NCBI GenBank assembly: GCA_965233585.1
Contig: CBDDTI010000746.1
Coordinates: 416,001 to 480,000, forward strand
Length of the DNA: 64,000 nt
From: a bacterium
Lineage (GTDB): Bacteria; SAR324; NAC60-12
Direction of reading: 5' to 3'
Position 1 is the first letter of the stretch. Every line of letters starts with the position of its first letter. The notes under the pieces were generated by a model that did not search any database, was not told the DNA's origin, and saw only the letters and a list, made by a program, of their open reading frames with translations. This document shows, in pieces, positions 48,291 to 57,936 of this stretch. Position numbers and translations under genes: made by a program.

Positions 48291-49442
48291 TTATAGTTGG
48301 ATTAAATGTTGGTTCAAGTCTTCAAGCCTTTGGCATCGGATCTGTTCCAAGACTTGCTTCAGTTGAACTTTTAAAATGTTGATGGTGTGTGTTCCCCCTT
48401 TTTTCCCAAGGGTTGCAACGCCATACATCAAAGGACGTCCCACTAACACAGCTTTTGCTCCCACTGCCAGTGCTTTGGCAATGTCCACACCAGAGCGAAT
48501 GCCACTGTCAAAAAGAATCGTCATTTGATGTCCATAAGTCTGGCTAATCTCTCCAAGCACTTCCAAAGGGGACAATCCTGCATCAAACTGCCTTGCTCCA
48601 TGGTTGGAAACCACAATGCCATCTGCCCCAATTTCATAAGCACGTTGAGCATCTTGCAGACTCATCACTCCTTTTAAAATCAAAACACCCTTCCATTCAT
48701 CACGGAAACGTTTGAGCAATTCAAAGGTCACCTGTTGTTTGTCTAAAAGGGTTTGAGTGATTTGTAAGTGAGTTGGGTTTTTGGGCAAGTAAGGGGTAAA
48801 GTTTTCAAAGGTAGGCAAGCCATGTTTGAGTGTTTCCAGACACCAATAAGGTTTTTTGATGGCTTGGGCAAACATTTTTGGTCCGACTCTGGGGGGAATG
48901 CCTAAACCATTTTTGATGTCATCAGGGCGAAAAGTGACGCTTGGAATGTCAATGGTATAAACCAACACTTGGTAACCAGCCCTGTGAATCCGTTGCATCA
49001 AGTCTTTTTGAACATCAGGATTTTTGGGTTGGTAAAGTTGAAACCATGCCTTGCCTTCACTCAAACTCGCCGCTTTTTCTAAACTGATGGTCGTCACCGT
49101 GCTAGTAACCACAGGGACATTTGCTTGGACTGCCGCTTGAATGAGGATTTTGGGAGATTGAGGCCACATCATGTCCTGAAATCCGATGGGGGCAACACCC
49201 ATAGGTGCATCATAAACCCTGCCAAAAAGGTCAACTTTGGTCTCTACTGACTCACAAGTTTTAATATAGTGAGGTTCTAACTTGATTTTTTTAAACGCCT
49301 GTTGATTATGCGCTAAACCTTCATCTTCATTGGCGCCTCCTTCCAAATAATCCCAAGCAAATTGAGGCAGTCGCCGATGGGCAACCTTTCTTAAATCTCT
49401 GACGCTAGGGTAGCGGTAATCATACCAAAGTTGGTCATTCAT
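48291..49442 (-). CDS. FMN-dependent alpha-hydroxy-acid dehydrogenase/oxidase (LldD/mandelate dehydrogenase family)
   Basis: DYLEGGA, WFQLY, LKGV, VSNHGARQFD, DSGIRSGVD, GRP. Confidence 0.92.
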   Translation of the reverse strand: MNDQLWYDYRYPSVRDLRKVAHRRLPQFAWDYLEGGANEDEGLAHNQQAFKKIKLEPHYIKTCESVETKVDLFGRVYDAPMGVAPIGFQDMMWPQSPKILIQAAVQANVPVVTSTVTTISLEKAASLSEGKAWFQLYQPKNPDVQKDLMQRIHRAGYQVLVYTIDIPSVTFRPDDIKNGLGIPPRVGPKMFAQAIKKPYWCLETLKHGLPTFENFTPYLPKNPTHLQITQTLLDKQQVTFELLKRFRDEWKGVLILKGVMSLQDAQRAYEIGADGIVVSNHGARQFDAGLSPLEVLGEISQTYGHQMTILFDSGIRSGVDIAKALAVGAKAVLVGRPLMYGVATLGKKGGTHTINILKVQLKQVLEQIRCQRLEDLNQHLIQL

Positions 49443-50575
49443 CAATGTTGCTTGGCTTGGAATTGTTGCGCATATTGACTTGCTAAGTGGATATTGTCAA
49501 TGATGAGCTGGTTCGTCACGTCTGGCAAAGAAGCGTGAATGCCTGTGGAATCTTGATTGATTACAGAAGCAACCTCTTCCCATCTTTCTGATGAAAGGTG
49601 TGCAAGACCCAGCTCTTCCAAAGTGGTAGGCAACCCTAGCTGGGTCAGTAATTCCAACAATTCATCAATTTCTTCATCAGGATAGTTTTCTATCATCATC
49701 AAAACAATCACCCCAAAAGCCACGAGTTCCCCATGATAGAATTGATGAGCCTCTTCAAGTGTAGAAATTCCAATGTAAACTGCATGAGCAGCAGACACAC
49801 CGCAGTTTTCAAAACCCAAGCCACTAAGTAAAGTATTGGCTTCAATGACCTTCTCCAAAGATTCAGTACAAAGATGATGTTCTGCACTCATTTTTGCCTT
49901 GACTCCATGTTGTTTGATGGTGTCATAGCAACTTTGGGCAATCGCCATGGAGGCAAGAGTCGGCTGGTATCCTGTCTGATATGCAGTAGAAACAAAATTG
50001 AATCCTTGCGTTTGATGGTTAGAAAGTGCCTCAAAAGAAGTCGCAATGCAATCGCCCATGCCTGCCACTAAAAACCTAACAGGTGCTTGGGCAATCAATG
50101 CACTATCTACCAACACTAAAGACGGACTTTGACGGCATTGATGGATAGAGTCAAATTGTCCGCAAGCTGAATTGACCACTGCAATCGCACTGGTTGGTGC
50201 ATCGTTAGCAACGATCGTAGGAACAGAGACCATGATGGCTTGGGACTGGTCTGCAACTACTTTGGCACAATCAATGGCTTTTCCACCGCCTATGCCAACG
50301 ATGACACGACTCTTGAAATCATGTGCTTTCTGTCTCAAACGTTCTATCTCCTCCGGACAACACTCCCCACCAAAAACACATCGCTCTGCCTCCATTTTTT
50401 CAGAATGGAATAATTTCTGAATCATGCCTCCCATTTTTTGTTCTATCAACGCATCAATGATGATGAAGATAGGCATGTTCTCACCCAAAAAATCCTTAAG
50501 ATGCTTGGCTAAGGTTTGAATTGCATCTTGACCTTGTATGTATCTGCTAGGACTACCAAATCCTCTATAACTCAT
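49442..50575 (-). CDS. gldA: Glycerol dehydrogenase-like polyol dehydrogenase
   Basis: SPSRYIQG, FGGECC, GGGKAIDCAK, AGMGD, SGLGFEN, AAHA, YHGELVAFG. Confidence 0.85.
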   Translation of the reverse strand: MSYRGFGSPSRYIQGQDAIQTLAKHLKDFLGENMPIFIIIDALIEQKMGGMIQKLFHSEKMEAERCVFGGECCPEEIERLRQKAHDFKSRVIVGIGGGKAIDCAKVVADQSQAIMVSVPTIVANDAPTSAIAVVNSACGQFDSIHQCRQSPSLVLVDSALIAQAPVRFLVAGMGDCIATSFEALSNHQTQGFNFVSTAYQTGYQPTLASMAIAQSCYDTIKQHGVKAKMSAEHHLCTESLEKVIEANTLLSGLGFENCGVSAAHAVYIGISTLEEAHQFYHGELVAFGVIVLMMIENYPDEEIDELLELLTQLGLPTTLEELGLAHLSSERWEEVASVINQDSTGIHASLPDVTNQLIIDNIHLASQYAQQFQAKQH

Positions 50576-51893
50576 CATTAAATGCCTTTTTTCTGAGGTG
50601 AGAGACAGCGTTGGCATGTCCGTCAAATCCTTCATATTTGGCAAAATCATGCACATAAGAAGACACAGAGTCGTATCCTTTTTGAGTCACGTAACCAATG
50701 GAGATGGTTTTGAAGTAATCATACACCCCTAATGCTGATTTGGTACGTGCGGCAAAATGAGTTGGCAACACGGCATTAGGTCCCAAAGTAAAGTTTCCAA
50801 TACAACAAGGAAGATGCTCACCAAGCAAGATTTCCCCAGCATTTTGAATGGCATCTAAATAGTCATAGGGAGTTTTGCTGTGAATTTGCAAATGTTCAGG
50901 TGCGAAGTCATTGACAAAGTTGATGGCATCTTGCATCGTTTTTGTCAGAATGACTCCGCCACTTTGGGAAAGCACTGTCTGGGAATACCCCGCACGTTCT
51001 TCTCCCATCTTCTGCCAAAACTTTGGAATCGCACCTAAGGCTTCTTTGGCAACCCTTTCACAATCGGTCACCAAATAAGCAGAACTATCAGGACCATGTT
51101 CTGACTCTACTAACATATCCAACGCTGCCACTTGTCCATTGGCAGTGTCATCAGCCAAAACAATCGCTTCACTCGGACCTGCCTCAATTCCTGGGTCCAA
51201 AAACTCACTTAACAAGACTTTAGCAGCCAAGACAAAAGGGCTTCCCGGTCCAATGATTTTTTGGCATTTGGGAACGGTTTTTGTGCCATAAGCCACCGCT
51301 GCAACACCAACAGCCCCACCGCATTTATAAACTTTTTCTATGCCTGCTAATTTTGCAGCAACCAACGTAGCAGTGTCTATTTGCCCATCAGGTCCCGGGG
51401 GGGTGATGATGATTGGATTCTTCACACCTGCCACAACTGCTGGGACAGCAGTCATCATCACAACGCTAGGAAACGAACCTTTTCCACGGGGGACGTAACA
51501 TGCCACAGACTCTAGGGAGACAATTTTTTCTCCTGCAAAGACGCCTGGGTGCATCTCTTTAAGCCACATAGATTGGGGCATTTGTGCTTGGTGAAACCGC
51601 TTGACATTGTCAATGGAAAATTTCAAAACCTCCAGCATTCTTGGACTGATTTTTTGGAAAGCTTCGTCAAAGTCTGATTCACTTGCGGCGATGGTTTGTG
51701 TCGTGATTTCAGCGTGGTCTAAATCTTTTGCAAAGCGAACGATGGCATCATCACCTTCTGCTTGAACTGCCTGAATAATCGGTTTCACCTTGTCTTGAAA
51801 ACTTGCTAAATCAAGACTAGAACGTTGTAAAAGTTTGTGTCTATCTGATTCATTTAAATCGGATAATTGATAGTAGTTGATTGTATGAGTCAT
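50565..51893 (-). CDS. Histidinol dehydrogenase homolog with non-canonical active site
   Basis: YVPRGKG, IIGPGS, AGPSE, ESEH, FAPEHL, GNFTLGPNAVLPT, EGFDGHA. Confidence 0.88.
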   Translation of the reverse strand: MTHTINYYQLSDLNESDRHKLLQRSSLDLASFQDKVKPIIQAVQAEGDDAIVRFAKDLDHAEITTQTIAASESDFDEAFQKISPRMLEVLKFSIDNVKRFHQAQMPQSMWLKEMHPGVFAGEKIVSLESVACYVPRGKGSFPSVVMMTAVPAVVAGVKNPIIITPPGPDGQIDTATLVAAKLAGIEKVYKCGGAVGVAAVAYGTKTVPKCQKIIGPGSPFVLAAKVLLSEFLDPGIEAGPSEAIVLADDTANGQVAALDMLVESEHGPDSSAYLVTDCERVAKEALGAIPKFWQKMGEERAGYSQTVLSQSGGVILTKTMQDAINFVNDFAPEHLQIHSKTPYDYLDAIQNAGEILLGEHLPCCIGNFTLGPNAVLPTHFAARTKSALGVYDYFKTISIGYVTQKGYDSVSSYVHDFAKYEGFDGHANAVSHLRKKAFNDEL

Positions 51894-52019
51894 ATTGATT
51901 TTTGATGAAATAGAATGAGATATTTAGCAAATTTTTAGCAATAATTAGTCATGTTTGGAAGTGTTTAGTCATTTAACCGTATTGTCAACAATGCCTGCTT
52001 TGTTACCTCCTTTGTAAAA

Positions 52020-52077
52020 ACATAACGTTTAAGTTTATCCACCGAGGAACGACGTCGGCTGGGGCGATTTGTTATAC
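52020..52077 (-). mobile_element. attC-like integron recombination site (58 bp) downstream of the MTase
   Basis: Minus strand GTATAAC-AAATC-GCCCCAGCCGACG…-GTTATGT; MTase stop TAA lies inside the R'' box; L' box degenerate. Confidence 0.75.
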
Positions 52078-52983
52078 ACTATAGACTACTCCTTGTTCAA
52101 ACAATGCCAACTGAACTGGATTTTCTTGCTCTACACTTTTAGGTGTTGGAATATCGTAGTTAGTAATAAGAGCTTCAATCATTGGGTTTCTATTTTTTTC
52201 ACTTCCACCAATATGATAAAAATGTTCTCTTGTTAAAACATTAAACTGCCTCCATATTAAATCAATATGCTTATTTTCACGGAAATCATTGTGGTGCCAT
52301 GTTGATAGAATGAATTTACTTTTACTTTTGGATAAAGCATCAAAAAGCAATCTTTCCATGTCTACATTCCACCCATTGAAATAGTCTGTGTGTCTATCTA
52401 TGTAGGGTGGGTCGCAATAAATAATGTCAGAATTTTGTGCTTCTGCAATCGTTTTTTCAAATGATTGACATATCAATTCAATTTTTTTTGAGGACATTAT
52501 ATGGCTAATATGGTCAATCTGATTGGTAATTTTGGTAATGTAAGCTTGCGCAAATCGTTGTGGCTTTCTGCAAAAAGGCGTATTAAAATCACCTTTTCGG
52601 TTAAACCGAATCATTCCATTAAAACTTGCTCTATTCAAAAACAAAAAATCCAGTGGACAATGTTTATTATTAAATCTATCTCTCACTTTATAATAATGAG
52701 AATTACCTTCTTCAAGCAGTAAAGACCCCTCTTTAATAAGATATGATTTAACTCTGCTAGGAGTAATTTCACCATTTGCTATTGCTTGATAAAATTCTAT
52801 TAAGTGTGGGTTAGTGTCACTTAATAAAGCATCATTTGGAATAAGATTAAATCCAACAACGCCTGTTCCCATGAACGGTTCTATCCATCTTCCTCTGAAA
52901 TTTGAAGGAATAATTGAATTTATCCAGGGGACTAATTTGGTTTTTATCCCTTGGGATTTTATGGGAGGAACATGAACTTTCAT
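52072..52983 (-). CDS. DNA N6-adenine methyltransferase, M.EcoRV-like (Dam family)
   Basis: [47 protein letters not shown]; closely follows M.EcoRV as I recall it. Confidence 0.93.
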   Translation of the reverse strand: MKVHVPPIKSQGIKTKLVPWINSIIPSNFRGRWIEPFMGTGVVGFNLIPNDALLSDTNPHLIEFYQAIANGEITPSRVKSYLIKEGSLLLEEGNSHYYKVRDRFNNKHCPLDFLFLNRASFNGMIRFNRKGDFNTPFCRKPQRFAQAYITKITNQIDHISHIMSSKKIELICQSFEKTIAEAQNSDIIYCDPPYIDRHTDYFNGWNVDMERLLFDALSKSKSKFILSTWHHNDFRENKHIDLIWRQFNVLTREHFYHIGGSEKNRNPMIEALITNYDIPTPKSVEQENPVQLALFEQGVVYSV

Positions 52984-53816
52984 TCTATGTTATGACGCTT
53001 TTTAATGATTTTAGTGACATCTCCTTTTCGGTACAATACGAAATCCTCAAGAGAGGTGATTTTCTTGGTCTTGCCATTGCTCTCAAATACAGTGATTTTA
53101 TTGTAATTCATCCAATAATCATCAAACCATTTCTCTCCCAGTTTAGCAAACATTCCATTGCCATTAATAATATCATCAATGTTGTTAACACTCCCAATGT
53201 TAGCTGTATTTCCACTGCCACTCTTATCACTGGCAATACGCCATTTTTCTGCAACAAAAAATTGGAAGTCTTTTATCACTGAAGCTATGGACTGTAAATC
53301 ACTTACCCTATGCGCTTTTGTTTCATCAATAGTTGAGTTATCAACTCTGCTGTAAATAATTCCTAAACAAAAGTGTCCTGAGTATTGACCATAAGGAAAT
53401 TGAATATTCTTAGTACTTGCACGATCTTCAAAATACTTACCATGCGAACCCAAAGTAAAGCCATTGCACAGAAAAGGTTTATTAGGATTTTTATAGGTCG
53501 TTTTAAAGTCCACAGCAAATTTGATTTTTTCATTACCCATTTTCACAAATGAAATATCAGGATAATAGTTTTGGTGATCTGCCAAGACAATCTTGTATTT
53601 ATGCTTCTTGGCAAATTCTATGATTTTGGGAAATAAATGAATTTCCAAAATTTTTGATATGATTTTTGTGTCTGAAGAGATGGTATAAATATTTTGGAAT
53701 ACATCAATAAAGCCCTTGATTGTCCATTGACCATTTGGTGTGCTTATATATTCTTGTAAACCATCAACGAACTCTTTTAATTGCATTTCAAATTCTGTTT
53801 TAATCTTTTGATTCAT
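52980..53816 (-). CDS. Type II restriction endonuclease, EcoRV family
   Basis: [25 protein letters not shown] (PD-D/ExK), [10 protein letters not shown] recognition loop, DYWMNY. Confidence 0.9.
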   Translation of the reverse strand: MNQKIKTEFEMQLKEFVDGLQEYISTPNGQWTIKGFIDVFQNIYTISSDTKIISKILEIHLFPKIIEFAKKHKYKIVLADHQNYYPDISFVKMGNEKIKFAVDFKTTYKNPNKPFLCNGFTLGSHGKYFEDRASTKNIQFPYGQYSGHFCLGIIYSRVDNSTIDETKAHRVSDLQSIASVIKDFQFFVAEKWRIASDKSGSGNTANIGSVNNIDDIINGNGMFAKLGEKWFDDYWMNYNKITVFESNGKTKKITSLEDFVLYRKGDVTKIIKKRHNIE

Positions 53817-53831
53817 GGTAATGATTTCACC

Positions 53832-53889
53832 GCATAACGACAAAATCTAGCAAGCGGGCTAAAGCCCATCTGCTGGAGTCATGTTCTGG
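53832..53889 (-). mobile_element. attC-like integron recombination site (58 bp) upstream of the REase
   Basis: Minus strand CCAGAAC…AGCAGATGGGC-TTTA-GCCCGCTTGCT…GTTATGC; R' ends 16 nt before the REase ATG. Confidence 0.65.
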
Positions 53890-53946
53890 GCTTGAGTTGA
53901 GATTGACAAAAATTAGATAAATATCGTTATTATTTTATATTTACTT

Positions 53947-54744
53947 TCAATCCTTCTTACCTTGTAAAAAGATTTCCAACCCAACCAGTTTGTCTAAAAT
54001 ATAGATGGTGATGAGTGCCATCACAACATACACGACAGACACAGCCGCTAAATCTGGAGTAATGATAGAACGTATAGAATTATAAATTTGGACAGGAAGC
54101 GTCACAATTCTAGCGTCTGTCAAAAAGAGGCTGACCAAAAATTCATTAAAAGCCAGAATAAACATCAACAATGCCCCCGTGATGATGCCCGGTGCCAATG
54201 CTGGTATGGTGATGGTGAAAAAAACTTGCACGGGATTGGCTCCGCAATTTGCCCCAGCTTCTTCTAACTGCGTGTCTAATTTGTTGACTGTTGCACTGAC
54301 TGTCCAGATCATAAAAGGTAGATTGATGATGCAAAGCCCTAATCCCACAGGAAAGAGGCTGCCCAATATTCTGATTTCACCAAAAAACAACATCATTCCA
54401 ATCCCAGAGACCACCAAAGGAATTGTGAAGGGTAGCAATAAATAGACTTGTAAGGCTTTTTCAAACCTCACTTTGTAACGCATCAATGCTAAGGCACACA
54501 AAGTGCCTGAAGGAATGCTGATGATTGTGCAGATGACAGAGACGTATAAAGTCCGCCAAAAAGCGTCAATAAATTCCTCCAGCTCAAACAGCTTGGCATA
54601 CCATTGAAGGGACAAGCCACGGGGAGGAAACTCCAAAATCTCTCCTGCAGTCAAAGACGCCCCAATGATAATGACAGTAGGCAGGCTTAACATGATGACA
54701 ATGCCAATCACAATGGGATAAAGCACTTTGTTTTGATGACTCAT
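53947..54744 (-). CDS. ABC transporter permease (PotC-like)
   Basis: FPPRGLSLQWY, LEEAGANCGA EAA loop, TLPVQIY. Confidence 0.9.
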   Translation of the reverse strand: MSHQNKVLYPIVIGIVIMLSLPTVIIIGASLTAGEILEFPPRGLSLQWYAKLFELEEFIDAFWRTLYVSVICTIISIPSGTLCALALMRYKVRFEKALQVYLLLPFTIPLVVSGIGMMLFFGEIRILGSLFPVGLGLCIINLPFMIWTVSATVNKLDTQLEEAGANCGANPVQVFFTITIPALAPGIITGALLMFILAFNEFLVSLFLTDARIVTLPVQIYNSIRSIITPDLAAVSVVYVVMALITIYILDKLVGLEIFLQGKKD

Positions 54745-55613
54745 GTTCGTTCTCCAAGTAAGGTGCTATGAGTGCCAAAGATTCTGAATAAAATCACGAC
54801 TAAAAGACTCCCAATGGTGACTAATATCATGGAAATTGCTGACCCCAAACCTGCATTAGAAAGTTGGAAAAAGCTGTCATAGACACTGCTTGCTATAAAA
54901 TCATTCTGACCACCTCCTAAAATTTCTGGCATGGCAAAATCTGTTAAGGTGAGTGTAAACACGACAACACAAGCCCCGACGATTCCCGGTTTGGCAAGAG
55001 GAATGATGACTTGGAATAAGGTTTCACCCCAACTAGCCCCTAAACTTTCTGACGCCCATTCTAAGTCTTCACTGATGGCTGTCATTGCTGGAATCAGTAG
55101 CAACACCGCAAAAGGTAGCATGTATTGAATTAAACCAAAAATGACTGCAGGGTAGTTATAAATCAAAGTCAAAGATTCCACCCCAAGAACATTCAAGATT
55201 TGGTTCAAAATGCCTTCTTGACCAAGAATGATAAGCCACCCATAAGCCCTGACGACTTGACCAATAAAAAAAGGCAAAAAAAGTGTGATGAGTAAAAACT
55301 TTCTCATCATTGCAGAACGGCATCTGACCAAGACGTAAGCATAAGGGAATGCAAGAATGAGTGTAAAAAAGGTCACCAACACTGCACCCAAAAAGGTACG
55401 CCAAAGGACTTTTAGATTGGTTGGCTCAAAGAATTCTAAGTAATTGGACAAAGTGTAGGCTTCCTTCAGCCGATAAGTCGCAAGGTCTAGTTCATGTAAA
55501 CTTGCCTCCAAAATATAACCAAGCCCTATGACTAAAACGCCCACTAAAGCAATAGCAGGCAATAAAAAGCCAAAGGGAATCCAAAATTTTTGGTAAGGTG
55601 ATTTAGCAAACAT
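54741..55613 (-). CDS. ABC transporter permease (PotB-like)
   Basis: VVRAYGWLIILG, LEWASESLGAS, PEILGG. Confidence 0.9.
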   Translation of the reverse strand: MFAKSPYQKFWIPFGFLLPAIALVGVLVIGLGYILEASLHELDLATYRLKEAYTLSNYLEFFEPTNLKVLWRTFLGAVLVTFFTLILAFPYAYVLVRCRSAMMRKFLLITLFLPFFIGQVVRAYGWLIILGQEGILNQILNVLGVESLTLIYNYPAVIFGLIQYMLPFAVLLLIPAMTAISEDLEWASESLGASWGETLFQVIIPLAKPGIVGACVVVFTLTLTDFAMPEILGGGQNDFIASSVYDSFFQLSNAGLGSAISMILVTIGSLLVVILFRIFGTHSTLLGERT

Positions 55614-55644
55614 GAACTTTGACCTAACTCCCAATCAGTTGACT

Positions 55645-56766
55645 TTATCCTTTGAAGATTTTGTTAAATTCTCTAAACCAAATCGGCTGATTTTCAACAA
55701 GGACAGGGGAAGGCACGCTGACCAACTTTGCAAAATCTTCAGGCTTGGTTGGATAAGAGGGGTCTCCCACTAAGTCAGCAGGGGGTTCAATTCCCGGATA
55801 AACAGGAGGTAAGCCCAGCAAAGAACACCATTTTTGTTGAGCATTTTTGCTGATTGCAAAGTTGACTAACTCCTTTGCCCAATATTCTTCATTTTCAGGC
55901 AGTCCTTTTGGAATCCAAAGCCCATCAGTATCTACTTTGCAACCCTCCTGTGGAATTGTCCACTGGACGTCAATCCCTTTTTGTTTGGCGGCTCTAGCAT
56001 TGACTGAAATGGTGCAAGCCACGTCAATCTCACCTTTCTGAAACCACGTGGTAAAGTCAGGGTCTTCACCAAGCAAGGGTTCATTTTGCTTGAGCAAGCG
56101 ATAAAAGTTGTAGCCTGCCTCCATATTTTTAGGAATGTCTTCAAAAGTTCCACCGCCTGCAATCACAGCAATCGGGTTAAAGCCGATACCGTCATCGTAG
56201 AGAGCAGAACGTCTTTTGAATTTGGGATTTAATAAAACATTCCAAAATTTAGGAGGACCATAAGGAAAGGCTTCTGTTCGGTAAGCACAAACATAGACAT
56301 AGGCATAAGTATTGACCAATGGGTAGCCTGTTAAGCCCTTAGGCTTTGCCAATGGGAGTAAATTTTTAAGATTGGATAAACCGCTTAAATCCACAGTCGC
56401 ACCCCTTAATGCTGAAATAGTGGCATTCGTGGTGGTATCCCAGTTGACATGAATAGGGGGAACTCGTCCCTGGTCCACAGCCGCCCAAATCTTAGGCTTA
56501 ATTTCATTGTCTTCTGTAAAATCTAAGCGGACTTTAACTCCTGTTTGCTCAGTGAACGGGTCAGTCACTCCTGCCTTCAGAGCTTCTCCCCACGAGCCAC
56601 CCCATGCACGAATGATCAACTCCTTAGGTTTTCTAGGTGCTGCGCTTAAAATAGAGGGCATGACCATTGCCCCAGCGGCAGTCACGGCGACACCTTTGAC
56701 AAAATCCCTTCGGTCTATTTCATTAGTTGTAGCTTCTTTTTGATTTGACAAATTAGATGTTTTCAT
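55645..56766 (-). CDS. Tat-exported ABC substrate-binding protein (PotD/PotF-like family)
   Basis: DRRDFVKG twin-arginine signal; WGGSW, PFTEQTGVKV, IPQEG, WIPKG. Confidence 0.88.
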   Translation of the reverse strand: MKTSNLSNQKEATTNEIDRRDFVKGVAVTAAGAMVMPSILSAAPRKPKELIIRAWGGSWGEALKAGVTDPFTEQTGVKVRLDFTEDNEIKPKIWAAVDQGRVPPIHVNWDTTTNATISALRGATVDLSGLSNLKNLLPLAKPKGLTGYPLVNTYAYVYVCAYRTEAFPYGPPKFWNVLLNPKFKRRSALYDDGIGFNPIAVIAGGGTFEDIPKNMEAGYNFYRLLKQNEPLLGEDPDFTTWFQKGEIDVACTISVNARAAKQKGIDVQWTIPQEGCKVDTDGLWIPKGLPENEEYWAKELVNFAISKNAQQKWCSLLGLPPVYPGIEPPADLVGDPSYPTKPEDFAKLVSVPSPVLVENQPIWFREFNKIFKG

Positions 56767-56830
56767 AATCTTTTCTCTTGTTAGGATAAATAAAAATACA
56801 ATTAAAAATGGGTTAAAAAAATCAATATTG

Positions 56831-57928
56831 TTATGTCACAGCACCCTCCTTTGACAATAGTGGAAAGAGATGAATGTCTTTTGCATGACAACCTAACTGC
56901 ACACTCGCCCCAATTTCTAAAAGTGTATGCTGGTGATGTAGCAAAACCGACAAAGATTGACCGCAAGCAGAGATTTTATAGACGATTCTGTCCCCTTCAA
57001 AAATCATCTGTTCTACAAGACCTTGCCAGACATTGTCAAATGGCTGATTCTGTGTGGAATCCTCCCCTGTGACGATGTGCAAATTTTCTGCTTTGATGTT
57101 GCAAAACAAGGGGTCTCCTGCCTGAACGTTTTTAAGCAGATTTGTAGATTTCATTTCAGTCTGGAAAGCATTGAATCTGATACATGTTTGGTCAATAGAC
57201 TGAATGTGAGCTTGAAAGGTATTGCTTAACCCTATAAAATTTGCCACAAAAAGCGTTTGAGGTTTTTGATAGACCGCAGTAGGTTTGTCATGCTGTTCTA
57301 CTTGAGCCTCATTCATTACCACGATATGGTCTGACATGACCAGAGCTTCTTTTTGATTGTGTGTCACATTGATTGTCGTGATTCCTAATTCCTGTTGAAT
57401 GCGTCTAAATTCCAGTTGCATCTCTTCTTGGAGTTTTTTGTCTAGTGCTGACAAAGGTTCGTCTAACAACAACACATCTGGACTAAAGGACAAGGCTCTT
57501 GCAATGGCAATACGTTGTTGTTGACCCCCAGAGAGTTCATGGATTCTTCGGTCTCCTAAGCCTTCCAGACGGACTAACTTCAAATAATGTTGAACAATTT
57601 CAGGAATGTCCTGTTTGGGAAATTTCCGCATTTTCAAAGGATACGCAATATTTTGTGAAGCGTTCATGTGTGGAAACAAAGCCAATTTTTGAAACACCAT
57701 GCCGATAGAACGACGATGCGGAGGAAGGTTTTCACTAGACTGTCCATCAATCAGAATATGCCCCTCATCAGGAGAATCAAACCCTGCAATAATTTTGAGC
57801 AGTGTCGTTTTACCACAGCCACTAGGTCCAACAATCGTCAAGAACGTACCTTGGTCAACTACAATACTGACGTTTTTTAAGGCTTGCAACGTCCCAAAAG
57901 ATTTAGAGATGTTTTGAATTTCAATCAT
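56831..57928 (-). CDS. ABC transporter ATP-binding protein (PotA-like)
   Basis: GPSGCGKTT, LSGGQQQR, LLDEPLSALD, THNQKEA, TOBE-like tail. Confidence 0.93.
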   Translation of the reverse strand: MIEIQNISKSFGTLQALKNVSIVVDQGTFLTIVGPSGCGKTTLLKIIAGFDSPDEGHILIDGQSSENLPPHRRSIGMVFQKLALFPHMNASQNIAYPLKMRKFPKQDIPEIVQHYLKLVRLEGLGDRRIHELSGGQQQRIAIARALSFSPDVLLLDEPLSALDKKLQEEMQLEFRRIQQELGITTINVTHNQKEALVMSDHIVVMNEAQVEQHDKPTAVYQKPQTLFVANFIGLSNTFQAHIQSIDQTCIRFNAFQTEMKSTNLLKNVQAGDPLFCNIKAENLHIVTGEDSTQNQPFDNVWQGLVEQMIFEGDRIVYKISACGQSLSVLLHHQHTLLEIGASVQLGCHAKDIHLFPLLSKEGAVT

Positions 57929-57936
57929 TTTACATT

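Noticed and set aside
50565..51893. Calling the gene canonical hisD or hpsN
   Set aside because: Active-site motifs differ from canonical HisD, there is no his operon context, and no sulfonate-catabolism genes are adjacent
53947..57928. Calling the ABC system a spermidine/putrescine transporter (potABCD)
   Set aside because: Only family-level similarity; the Tat-exported SBP and gene context do not support a polyamine assignment
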